Source of the DNA: Tagaea sp.
Lineage (GTDB): Bacteria; Pseudomonadota; Alphaproteobacteria; CACIAM-22H2
DNA: 64,000 nt
NCBI GenBank assembly: GCA_965229215.1
Contig: OZ245864.1
Coordinates: forward strand, 134,360-198,359
Reading direction: 5' to 3'
The translations under genes and the position numbers were made by a program. Shown here piece after piece: positions 11,714 to 20,374 of the stretch (position 1 is its first letter; each line of letters starts with the position of its first letter). The notes beneath the pieces are model-generated. The model saw only the letters and a program-made list of their open reading frames with translations. It did not search any database and had not been told where the DNA came from.

Positions 11714-12745
11714 TCACTGGAACGGCGGCGTGAAGAGCAGGCCGCCCTTCGTCCAGAGCTGGTTGGGCCCGCGCGGCAGCTTGAGGGGCGAACCCATGCC
11801 GACCGTGCGCTCGTAGCTTTCGGCGTAGTTCCCGACCTGCTTGATCGCCTGGTACATCCAGTCGTTCGACAGGCCGAGCATCGCGCCGAAATTGCCTTCC
11901 GCACCCAGCAGGCGGCGGACTTCCGGATTGGCGGAAGACGCCTTCATCTGGTCGACGTTCTTCGACGTGACGCCGAGGTTTTCGGCGGCGATCAGGCCGT
12001 TGAGGACCCAGCGCACGACCGCCTGGAAGCGTTCGTCGCCGTAGCGCGTCGTCGGGCCCTGCGGATCGTTCGAGATCAGCTCGGTCAGGATGACGTTATC
12101 GTCGGGTGACTTCAGCTTGATGCGCTGGCCGGCGAGGGCGCCGAAACCGGCGGTGTAGGCGTCGCAACGCTCGGCGTCGTAGGCCGCGATGGCGTCGTCG
12201 TTCTTCTGGAAGTTGACGATCGTCACCTTCTTCTTGCGCTCGGCGAACCAGTCGGTCGCCTGCTTCTCTTCCGACGAGCCGGCCGCGACGCAGATCGTGG
12301 CGCCGTCCATCTGGTCGGGCTTGGTGATGCCGGCCTTCTTGCGCACGACGAAGGTCTGGCCTTCGTAGAAGTTGATGCCCTGGAAGTTCACGCCCAGCGA
12401 GGCGTTGCGCGAGAAGGTGATCGTCGTGTTGCGCGACAGCAGATCGACCTGGCCCGACTGCAGGATCGGCCAGCGCTGCTGGACCGACGTCGGGGTGAAC
12501 TTGACCTTGTTCGCGTCGCCCAGGATCGCGGCGGCCAGCGCCTTGCAGTAGTCGACGTCAATTCCCGTCCACTCGCCCTTGTCGTTGGCGAAGGAGAAGC
12601 CGGGCAGGCCGAGATGGACGCCGCACTCCAGATGGCCGCGGGCCTTGATGGCGTCGAGCGTCGGGCTCGGCGTCAGCGTCTGGGCCTGCGCGCTAAAGGA
12701 GATGGTCAAGGCGGCAAAGGCCGCCGCCAGAATTCCGGTTTTCAT
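11714..12745 (-). CDS. aapJ: general L-amino acid ABC transporter substrate-binding protein (AapJ-like)
   Basis: Start at MKTGILAAAFAALTISFSAQAQ signal peptide (ATG 12743-12745, AGGGGG RBS). Family-3 periplasmic binding protein. Confidence 0.85.
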   Translation of the reverse strand: MKTGILAAAFAALTISFSAQAQTLTPSPTLDAIKARGHLECGVHLGLPGFSFANDKGEWTGIDVDYCKALAAAILGDANKVKFTPTSVQQRWPILQSGQVDLLSRNTTITFSRNASLGVNFQGINFYEGQTFVVRKKAGITKPDQMDGATICVAAGSSEEKQATDWFAERKKKVTIVNFQKNDDAIAAYDAERCDAYTAGFGALAGQRIKLKSPDDNVILTELISNDPQGPTTRYGDERFQAVVRWVLNGLIAAENLGVTSKNVDQMKASSANPEVRRLLGAEGNFGAMLGLSNDWMYQAIKQVGNYAESYERTVGMGSPLKLPRGPNQLWTKGGLLFTPPFQ

Positions 12746-12885
12746 AAGGGACCCCCTGGATGGACGTCGTTCCGCATTTGCTGCGTTGCGGGGGATAATG
12801 GCGTCTGTAGCGCCCGTCGGCAAGATGTCATAGACGTGCGGTAGATACGGTGATTATTCTCGCGTTGGAATAGGGGGGAATAGCC

Positions 12886-13968
12886 GTGTCTGCCCGACTT
12901 GAGATCGATCGCGTCGAAACCGCGTACGGGAACGTGCGCGTCCTGAAGGGTGTCTCGCTGGACGTCGCACCGGGCGAGTTCGTCGCCCTGCTGGGATCTT
13001 CGGGCTGCGGGAAGACGACGCTGCTGCGCACGATCGCGGGTTTCCTCAACGCCACGTCGGGCGCCATCCGCGTCGGCGGGCGCGACATTGCGGGCGAGCC
13101 GCCGGACAAGCGCGGCATGGCGATGGTGTTCCAGAGCTACGCGCTGTGGCCGCACATGACGGTGGCGCAGAATATCGGCTACGGCCTGCGCCTGAAAAAA
13201 TGGTCGCGCGAGAAGATCGCGGCGCGCGTCGGCGAGATCCTCACGATGCTGAAGCTCGACGGGCTGGGCGAGCGCAATGTCAGCCAGCTTTCCGGCGGCC
13301 AGCGCCAGCGCGTGGCGCTGGGCCGGGCGCTTGCCGTCGATCCCGCGATCCTGCTGCTCGACGAGCCGCTCTCCAATCTCGACGCGCGCATCCGCGAGGA
13401 CGTGCGCCACGAGATCAAGGCGCTGCAGAAGAGCCTCGGCATCACCGCGATCCACGTCACGCACGACCGCGAGGAAGCCATGGTGATGGCCGACCGCATC
13501 GTCATCCTCGATGCCGGCACGATCGCCCAGGTCGGCCCGCCCGAGACGCTCTACAACCAGCCCAACTCGCCCTTCGTCGCATCCTTCATGGGGGCCAACA
13601 ACGTCGTGCGCCTGACGGGCACGCGGCAGGGCGACATGCTCGCCATCGCGCAAGGGCCGGGCAACCGCGCGACAAGCCTGCGCAAGGCGGCGCCGGCCGG
13701 CTTCACGCAAGGTTCCCTCGTCGCGCATTTCCGCTCCGAAGCGGCCGAACTCGCCGACGGGGCCAGCACCGACTCCGGCGCGCTCATGCTGCCGGGCACG
13801 ATCGTGCAGGCCGCCTATCCCGGCGGCATCTGGCGCTATGCGGTCGCGGTCGGCGACAGCCAGTACATGGTCGACGATCCAGACCGGCGCGAACTCGGCG
13901 CGAAAGTCGCCGTGCGCGTGCCGGCCGAAGCGCTGCACATCTACCCGGCCCCGGTGTCGCCGAACTGA
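12886..13968 (+). CDS. ABC transporter ATP-binding protein (PotA/FbpC-like with C-terminal TOBE domain)
   Basis: Walker A GSSGCGKTT, signature LSGGQRQR and Walker B LLLDEPLSNLD. GTG start with GGGGGGAA RBS. Confidence 0.85.
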   Translation: MSARLEIDRVETAYGNVRVLKGVSLDVAPGEFVALLGSSGCGKTTLLRTIAGFLNATSGAIRVGGRDIAGEPPDKRGMAMVFQSYALWPHMTVAQNIGYGLRLKKWSREKIAARVGEILTMLKLDGLGERNVSQLSGGQRQRVALGRALAVDPAILLLDEPLSNLDARIREDVRHEIKALQKSLGITAIHVTHDREEAMVMADRIVILDAGTIAQVGPPETLYNQPNSPFVASFMGANNVVRLTGTRQGDMLAIAQGPGNRATSLRKAAPAGFTQGSLVAHFRSEAAELADGASTDSGALMLPGTIVQAAYPGGIWRYAVAVGDSQYMVDDPDRRELGAKVAVRVPAEALHIYPAPVSPN

Positions 13969-14053
13969 CACGAAGGTGACGATACAAGACAAGCCGACGG
14001 GCGGGACCGGAAGCCCGGCGGCACAACGAAACCGGTCGAAGATGGAGAGAGAC

Positions 14054-15205
14054 ATGAAACGCAGGACGGTGATTGCCGCATTCGCGGCAGGCACGTTGCT
14101 GGCGGCGGCGGGTGGAGCCAACGCGCAGCAGATCAACCTCAACGTGATGACGGCGGGCGACCAGAACATGGTCGACTACATCACCGAGTATCTCGGGCCG
14201 ATGTTCGAGAAGGCCAATCCGGGCGTGAAGGTACGCGCGGTGGGCACGGGCCCCGGCGACGCCGGCTCGCAGCGCATCTGGGAGCGCCTGGAAGCGCAGA
14301 AGAAGGCGAACTCGGCGACCGTCGACGTCGACGTCGCCATCGTCCACCAGAAGATGGCGGGCGAGATGGTGAAGGGCGGCCTGCTGTCGAAGTACCGCAG
14401 CCAGATCTCGACCGGCAGCATGGCGACCAACGACGTGACGAAGAACGCGCTGGGCGTGAACGTCGACGGATTCGTCATCCCGATGTTCAACAGCCAGATC
14501 GCCATCGCCTACAACCCCGACAAGGTGAAGACGGCGCCGTCGAGCTACGACGATCTCGTCGCCTTCTCGTCCGCCAATCCGAAGCGCTTCGGGCACAACG
14601 GCATCCGCGGCGGCATGTCGGGCGTGGGTTTCGTGTTCGGCTGGCTCTACGCCTATGCCCCGCAGCCGGCCAAGCTGATCGAAGGCCCCTATGACGACGC
14701 GACGGTGGCGGCCCTCACGCCGGCGCTGCAGAAGCTCAAGGCCTTCAACGGCACGGCGACGATCACGCCGGGCAATGCGGGCACGCTCGACGCGCTCAAC
14801 CGCGGCGAGATCGACATGGGCCCGGTGTGGATGGACATGTTCTATTCCTGGCAGGCGGACGGGAAGCTCTCGCCCAAGCTGAAGCTGACGCTGCTCAAGA
14901 CCGGCCTGCCGGGCCAGCCGATGTACTATGTGGTGCCCGAGAAGGCGGCCAACGCGGCCGCCGCGCGCAAGTTCGTCGAAATGGCGACCTCGCCGCAGGT
15001 GCAGGCCAAGGGCATCGTCGAGCGCTTCAACTGGCTGCCGGGCATCGACGCCAGCCACGTGCAGCAGTATCTCGACAAGAAGATCTGGGACAAGCTGTTC
15101 CAGGACGTGCCGCCCGACATGCTGAAGGCGATGGGCAAGCCCATGCCGCAGTCCGACTACTTCACCAAGATCCAGGAACAGTACGAAAAGATCGTCCTGA
15201 ACTGA
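14054..15205 (+). CDS. ABC transporter periplasmic solute-binding protein (family 1, polyamine/iron-like)
   Basis: Start at MKRRTVIAAFAAGTLLAAAGGANAQQ signal peptide (ATG 14054, GGAGAGAG RBS). Lies between the ATPase and two permeases. Confidence 0.8.
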   Translation: MKRRTVIAAFAAGTLLAAAGGANAQQINLNVMTAGDQNMVDYITEYLGPMFEKANPGVKVRAVGTGPGDAGSQRIWERLEAQKKANSATVDVDVAIVHQKMAGEMVKGGLLSKYRSQISTGSMATNDVTKNALGVNVDGFVIPMFNSQIAIAYNPDKVKTAPSSYDDLVAFSSANPKRFGHNGIRGGMSGVGFVFGWLYAYAPQPAKLIEGPYDDATVAALTPALQKLKAFNGTATITPGNAGTLDALNRGEIDMGPVWMDMFYSWQADGKLSPKLKLTLLKTGLPGQPMYYVVPEKAANAAAARKFVEMATSPQVQAKGIVERFNWLPGIDASHVQQYLDKKIWDKLFQDVPPDMLKAMGKPMPQSDYFTKIQEQYEKIVLN

Positions 15206-15260
15206 GCTGACCGAAGGGGAGGGGCCGGCGCGGCGCAACCGCACCGGCCCCGCCGTTCCG

Positions 15261-16094
15261 ATGGGTCCATCGCGCAACATCTCCATCCTCCTGATCGTGC
15301 CCGCCCTCCTCGTGGTGGCGGCGCTATTCGTCTATCCGCTGGGTTTTTCGCTGGTCGGCGCCTTCCAGGACAAGGAATCGGCCTGGACGCTCGCCAATTT
15401 CGGTCGCGCGTGGGAGCTCTACCGCGTCGATACGGCCTTCACGGTCGTCATCGTGCTGGTGTCGTGCGTCCTCATCGCCCTCTTCTCGATCGCCATTGGC
15501 GGATATCTCACGCTGGGCGAAAGCCGCATCGCCAAGGCGATCCTGTCGTTCATCTACCGCTGGCCGCTCTTCATCCCGTTCATCGTCGCCGCCCAGTGCA
15601 TGCGCACCTTCATCGCGCGCAACGGCATGATGAACATGACGTTCGTCTATTTCGGCATCCTCGATCTCGACCAGGTCCAGGGTTTCCTCGACTGGCGCGG
15701 CATCATCATCACGTTCGTGTGGAAGCAGACGCCCTTCGTGGCGCTGATGGTGTCGGGCGCCATGGCCGGGCTCGACCGCTCGACGATCGAGGCGGCGCGC
15801 AACCTTGGCGCCTCGCGCTTGCGCATCCTGGTCGAGATCGTCGTGCCGCAGGTCTCGCGCACGCTTTCCGTCGGCCTCGTCCTGTCGTTCGTGACGATGA
15901 TGTCGGTCCTGTCGGTTCCGCTGATGCTGTCGGGCCAGAGCCCGTCGATGCTGACGGTCAACATGGCCTGGCGCATCAATTCGGTCGGCGACTACGGCAC
16001 GGCCAACGCGCTCGGCTTCGTCTCTTACTTCATGACCGGCTTCGCCGCGTGGTTCTACATCCGCCACGGCCTGCGCGAGAAGGCGGCCCAATGA
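15261..16094 (+). CDS. ABC transporter permease (PotB-like)
   Basis: Six-TM permease in the same operon. Confidence 0.8.
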   Translation: MGPSRNISILLIVPALLVVAALFVYPLGFSLVGAFQDKESAWTLANFGRAWELYRVDTAFTVVIVLVSCVLIALFSIAIGGYLTLGESRIAKAILSFIYRWPLFIPFIVAAQCMRTFIARNGMMNMTFVYFGILDLDQVQGFLDWRGIIITFVWKQTPFVALMVSGAMAGLDRSTIEAARNLGASRLRILVEIVVPQVSRTLSVGLVLSFVTMMSVLSVPLMLSGQSPSMLTVNMAWRINSVGDYGTANALGFVSYFMTGFAAWFYIRHGLREKAAQ

Positions 16095-16900
16095 GCCTGG
16101 CAAGCCTGCGCTGGCCGCTGCGCGCGATCGCCCTGATCCTCGTCGCGTTCGTCATTTTCGGACCGCTCGCCAACCTGCTGATCTGGTCGGTGGCCGAGGC
16201 GTGGTTCTGGCCCAACAAGCTGCCCACGCAGTGGGGTTTCCGCTTCTGGGAGATCGTCTTCCGCCCGACGGGCCGCGCGATGGAATCGCTGTGGCTCAGC
16301 GTGTGGATCGCGCTGCTCACCACCGCGTGCTCGCTGGTGCTGTCGATCCCGGCGGGCTATGCGCTGGCGCGCGGCCGGCTGCCGTGGCGGCCGGTGGTGC
16401 TGCTGCTGTTCCTGCTGCCGCAGGCCTTCCCGAGCCTGCCGGTCTACATCAACATCGCGCGCATCTTCTTCGCCTTCGACCTCAACGGCACGGTCACGGG
16501 CGTGGTGCTCGTCCACACGGTGCACGGGCTGGTCTATTCGGTGTGGATCGCGACGGCCGCGTTCGCCGCTATCGAGCCCGAGCTGGAGCAGGCCGCGCGC
16601 AACATGGGCGCCTCGGCTCCGCGCACCTTCTTCGAGGTGACGCTGCCGCTGGCGCTGCCGGGCCTTGTCGCCAGCGCGATCTTCGTGTTCCTCGAATCGC
16701 TCGACGAGTTCACCGGCAGCTTCTTCGTCGGCGCGCCCGAAGTGCGCACGCTGCCGCTGCTGCTCTACAACGCGGCTGCGGGCGGCAACACGCAGATCGC
16801 GTCGATCTCGGCGCTGATCCTGCTCGTGCCCTCGGTCGCGTTCATGCTGCTGGTCGAGCGCTTCCTCAAGGGCGAGGTGATGGCGAAGCTGGGGCGCTAG
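16091..16900 (+). CDS. ABC transporter permease (PotC-like)
   Basis: Start MSLASLRW at ATG 16091 forms an ATGA overlap with the upstream permease stop. The track only shows this protein inside a longer ORF. Confidence 0.8.
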   Translation: MSLASLRWPLRAIALILVAFVIFGPLANLLIWSVAEAWFWPNKLPTQWGFRFWEIVFRPTGRAMESLWLSVWIALLTTACSLVLSIPAGYALARGRLPWRPVVLLLFLLPQAFPSLPVYINIARIFFAFDLNGTVTGVVLVHTVHGLVYSVWIATAAFAAIEPELEQAARNMGASAPRTFFEVTLPLALPGLVASAIFVFLESLDEFTGSFFVGAPEVRTLPLLLYNAAAGGNTQIASISALILLVPSVAFMLLVERFLKGEVMAKLGR

Positions 16901-17340
16901 GCCTTCTTCGCCATCAGCATCTTCAGCGACGTGACGGCCACGCCGTAGCCCTCGGGGCCGAGGCCCGCGATCACGGCCGTGGCGACGCCGGAGACGAGCG
17001 AGCGGTGGTAGATCGGCTCGCGCCGGTGGATGTTCGAGATGTGCAGTTCCACGATGGGGGCCGGGAACATCTTCAGCGCGTCGAGGATCGCGATCGACGT
17101 GAAGGTGTAGGCCGCCGGATTGATGACGATGCCGCCCGCCCCGCCATCGATGGCCTCGTGGATCCAGTCGATGAGCTGCGTCTCGCTGTTGGTCTGGCGG
17201 AACTCGACCGGCGTTCCGCCGGCCGCCGCGCGGCACATCGCCTCGACCTCGGCCAGCGTCGTGCGGCCGTAGATTTCCGGCTCGCGCTTGCCCAGCCGGT
17301 TCAGGTTCGGGCCGTTGAGGACGTAGATCGGTCTGGTCAT
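16897..17340 (-). CDS. aroQ: 3-dehydroquinate dehydratase, type II
   Basis: 147-aa protein with the type II dehydroquinase signature (NGPNLN..GKRE..YG, HISN). Its start is 7 nt after the dctM stop. Confidence 0.9.
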   Translation of the reverse strand: MTRPIYVLNGPNLNRLGKREPEIYGRTTLAEVEAMCRAAAGGTPVEFRQTNSETQLIDWIHEAIDGGAGGIVINPAAYTFTSIAILDALKMFPAPIVELHISNIHRREPIYHRSLVSGVATAVIAGLGPEGYGVAVTSLKMLMAKKA

Positions 17341-17347
17341 GTGCGCA

Positions 17348-18649
17348 TCAGCCCTGGTAGCCCATCAGGCGCGGCAGCCAGAGGACGGTCTCTGGCACGA
17401 AAGTGATGATCGCCAGTGCCGCGATCATCGCCCAGATGAAGGGCACGCAATCGCGCACGAGATCGCGCAGCGGCACGCCCGCGATATTCGTCATGATGAA
17501 GAGCAGCAGCCCGTAGGGCGGCGTGATCAGGCCCAGCATGATGTTCACGACCACGATCACGCCGAAATGCACCAGATCGACGCCCAATGCCTTGGCGGTC
17601 GGGATCAGGACCGGCACGATGATGAGCAGGATCGTCGTGCCCTCGAGCACGCAGCCCAGCACAAGCAGGATGACGTTGACGAGGATCAGGAACTGCGTGC
17701 CGGTCAGGTCCCAGCCCCGCAGGATGACGCTCAGCGTGTCGGGGATGTTCTCGATCGTGACGACATAGTTGAACACGAGCGCGCCCGCGATCAGCATGCC
17801 GATCGACGCGGTGGTGCGCGCGCTGTGCGAGACCGACTTGTAGAGGTCGCCCCACGTGACGCTGCGGTAGACGCCGGCCGAGATCAGCAACGCGTAGGCG
17901 GCCGCGACGGCCGCGGCCTCCGTCGGCGTCGTGATGCCGCCATAGATGCCGCCGAGCAGCACCACCGGCATCATCAGGGCCGGGAACGCGCGCCACGTGA
18001 TGCCCGGCAGTTCGCGCAGCGGGATCGGATCCTCGACCGGGAACTTCTTCGTCTTCGCCTGGTAGTCGACGATGGCCATCTGGGCGGCCGCCATCATCAG
18101 GCCCGGGATCACGCCGCCCAGAAACAGGTAGCCGATGGAGGCGTCGGAGACGAGCGCGTAGATCACCATCGGGATCGACGGCGGGATGATGGGCCCGATC
18201 ACGGCGGTCGCCGCGGTCAGCGCTGCCGCGAAGCTCGGCGTGTAGCGGTTGTCGCGCGTCATCATGACCTGCATGACCCGGCCCGATCCGGCCGCGTCGG
18301 CGATCGCCGAGCCCGACATGCCGGCGAAGATGACGCTCTGCAGCACGTTGACCTGCGCGAGGCCGCCGCGGAAGCGGCCGACCAGCGCATTGCAGAAGGC
18401 GAGCAGGCGTTCGGTCATGCTGCCGATGTTCATCAGCTCGGCCGCGAGGATGAAGAGCGGGACAGCGAGGATGACGTAGTTGGTGTACATGCCGTTGAGC
18501 AGCTGCTCGGCGACGGTGCCCATGTCCTGGCCCGCGAGGAACAGGTAGAAGACCGAGCCTGCGATCATCGCATGGCCGATCGGCAGGCCGAGCAGCGACA
18601 GGGCGGTGATGGCGACGATGCAGAGGGAGAAGGGGCTCGCGAAATTCAT
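17348..18649 (-). CDS. dctM: TRAP transporter large permease DctM
   Basis: 433-aa protein with 12 TM helices. ATGA overlap with dctQ. Confidence 0.9.
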   Translation of the reverse strand: MNFASPFSLCIVAITALSLLGLPIGHAMIAGSVFYLFLAGQDMGTVAEQLLNGMYTNYVILAVPLFILAAELMNIGSMTERLLAFCNALVGRFRGGLAQVNVLQSVIFAGMSGSAIADAAGSGRVMQVMMTRDNRYTPSFAAALTAATAVIGPIIPPSIPMVIYALVSDASIGYLFLGGVIPGLMMAAAQMAIVDYQAKTKKFPVEDPIPLRELPGITWRAFPALMMPVVLLGGIYGGITTPTEAAAVAAAYALLISAGVYRSVTWGDLYKSVSHSARTTASIGMLIAGALVFNYVVTIENIPDTLSVILRGWDLTGTQFLILVNVILLVLGCVLEGTTILLIIVPVLIPTAKALGVDLVHFGVIVVVNIMLGLITPPYGLLLFIMTNIAGVPLRDLVRDCVPFIWAMIAALAIITFVPETVLWLPRLMGYQG

Positions 18650-19158
18650 ACGCCGGAACTCGCCTTGGTGGGATCGAAGGCAACCGGCGCCTTGCCGCGC
18701 AGCGCTTCCGCCGCGATCCAGATGTAGCGGGCGACGGCGGCGACCGCGAATATCACGTAGATCGAGAAGAGCCAGTCGAAGCGGATCTTCATGTAGGCCG
18801 TTTTCTCGACGCGCATGAACATCACGTAGTCGACGACCGCCGGCAGCGACATGCCGTAGAGCACGATCAGGGCGGCGGCGGAAACGATGCACATGACGCG
18901 GCGCGCGGACGGGCGTACGGCGCCGTAGATCAGGTCGAAGCGGATCTCGTCGGGTTCGCGCACGACGAAAGCGGCGCCCCACAGCACGAGCCAGATCCAC
19001 ATGATGACGCTGATCTCGTGCGTCCAGCCGACCGGAAGGTCGAGCGCGTAGCGGAAGACGATCTGCACGAGGAAGGCGACAAACATCACCGCGAGCATGG
19101 CGGCCGCGACGTTCTCGGCCCGCCGTCCGAGCCAGCGGTAGATCACGGGGAAATTCAT
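18646..19158 (-). CDS. dctQ: TRAP transporter small permease DctQ
   Basis: 170-aa protein with four TM helices upstream of dctM. Confidence 0.85.
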   Translation of the reverse strand: MNFPVIYRWLGRRAENVAAAMLAVMFVAFLVQIVFRYALDLPVGWTHEISVIMWIWLVLWGAAFVVREPDEIRFDLIYGAVRPSARRVMCIVSAAALIVLYGMSLPAVVDYVMFMRVEKTAYMKIRFDWLFSIYVIFAVAAVARYIWIAAEALRGKAPVAFDPTKASSGV

Positions 19159-19212
19159 GGAAGTATCGTACCGAAGGCGAGGGGGCCCGGAAGCCCCCTC
19201 GCCGACCGGTTC

Positions 19213-20199
19213 CTAGAGGGCGTTGATCTTCTGCAGCATTCCGGCCGGCCAGCTCTTGGCGAGATCGGAAGCGAGGTACATCTTCTGTGCATGGTCGCGG
19301 AACGCGGCCTGGTTCGGCGTGTAGACGTCGAGGCCCTGCGCCTTGAAGAAGTCGACGAGTTCCTTCTCCTTCTTGGCGTGCTCGGCGTTGCTCCAGCCCA
19401 CGGCACTGTCGGCGGCGGCCTGGAACGCCTTCTGCCTGTCGGCGCCCATATCCTTCCACACCTTGCTCGACACGGTGAGCAGGTCGAAGCCCACGAGATG
19501 CGAGGTCAGCACGATCTGCCCGCTCACTTCGTAGAACTTCATGTTCTGGACGTTGGGCAGCGGGTTGTCCTGGCCGTCGATGGCGCCGGTCTGCAGGCCC
19601 GTATAGACCTCGGCATAGGCCATCGGCACCGGGTTGGCGCCGAGCGAGCGGCCGAGGAACTGCCACGCGTCGCCGCCGGGCATGCGCAGCTTGACGCCGG
19701 CGAGATCGGCCGGGGTGTTGATCTTCTTCTTGCCGCGCAGGCCCACGTGGCGCGAGCCGAAATAGGTCGGGGCGAGGATGCGGATGCCGAGCTGGTCTTC
19801 GGCCATCTGCTTCAGCTGCTGGCCGACGTCGCTGTTGAAGACCTTGGTCATGTGGTCGACGTCGCGGAACAGGTAGGCAGCCGTCATGATCGACCAGGCC
19901 GGGACCTGGTTCGACACGTCCTGCGGCGCGATGTTGCCCATCTCGAGATTGCCGCGCTGGAGCGCGACGAGCTCGGTGCCCTGCTTGAACAGGTTGCCGC
20001 CGTAATAGTTCTGCATCGTGAAGTTCGCGCTCACCGCGTCGGTGAACTTCTTCATCATCTCGGCGCGGATGTCCTGCTCGGAGAACACGGCCGAAAAGCG
20101 CAGCGTCGGCTTGGCCTGCGCGCGCGCGCCGGTCGCGGCCAAAGCGAGAGCGGCCGTGCCGCTCGCAAGGAATGTCCGGCGATTGGGGGTCAGGTTCAT
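19213..20199 (-). CDS. dctP: TRAP transporter substrate-binding protein DctP (Tat signal)
   Basis: RRTFLASGTAALALAA twin-arginine signal. GGAGGAG RBS before ATG 20199. Confidence 0.85.
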   Translation of the reverse strand: MNLTPNRRTFLASGTAALALAATGARAQAKPTLRFSAVFSEQDIRAEMMKKFTDAVSANFTMQNYYGGNLFKQGTELVALQRGNLEMGNIAPQDVSNQVPAWSIMTAAYLFRDVDHMTKVFNSDVGQQLKQMAEDQLGIRILAPTYFGSRHVGLRGKKKINTPADLAGVKLRMPGGDAWQFLGRSLGANPVPMAYAEVYTGLQTGAIDGQDNPLPNVQNMKFYEVSGQIVLTSHLVGFDLLTVSSKVWKDMGADRQKAFQAAADSAVGWSNAEHAKKEKELVDFFKAQGLDVYTPNQAAFRDHAQKMYLASDLAKSWPAGMLQKINAL

Positions 20200-20374
20200 C
20201 TGGGTCTCCTCCAGTGGAAAATGCGCGTTTCGCGTCTGAGTGCCTGAATATTCTCTATGAGAAATAAAGTTTCAATATAAAAATCGAGTTTCATATGAGA
20301 TTTACATTTTTATCGGAGTTTTGGCAGACTCGTGCCATTGATATACGCTGCCGCCGCATCCGACAGGGACGGGC

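Noticed and set aside
12742-15286. Long minus-strand ORFs (12742..14169, 13784..15286) opposite the PotA-type ABC operon
   Set aside because: They are antisense to the strongly supported ATPase and binding-protein genes and have a biased RG-rich composition.
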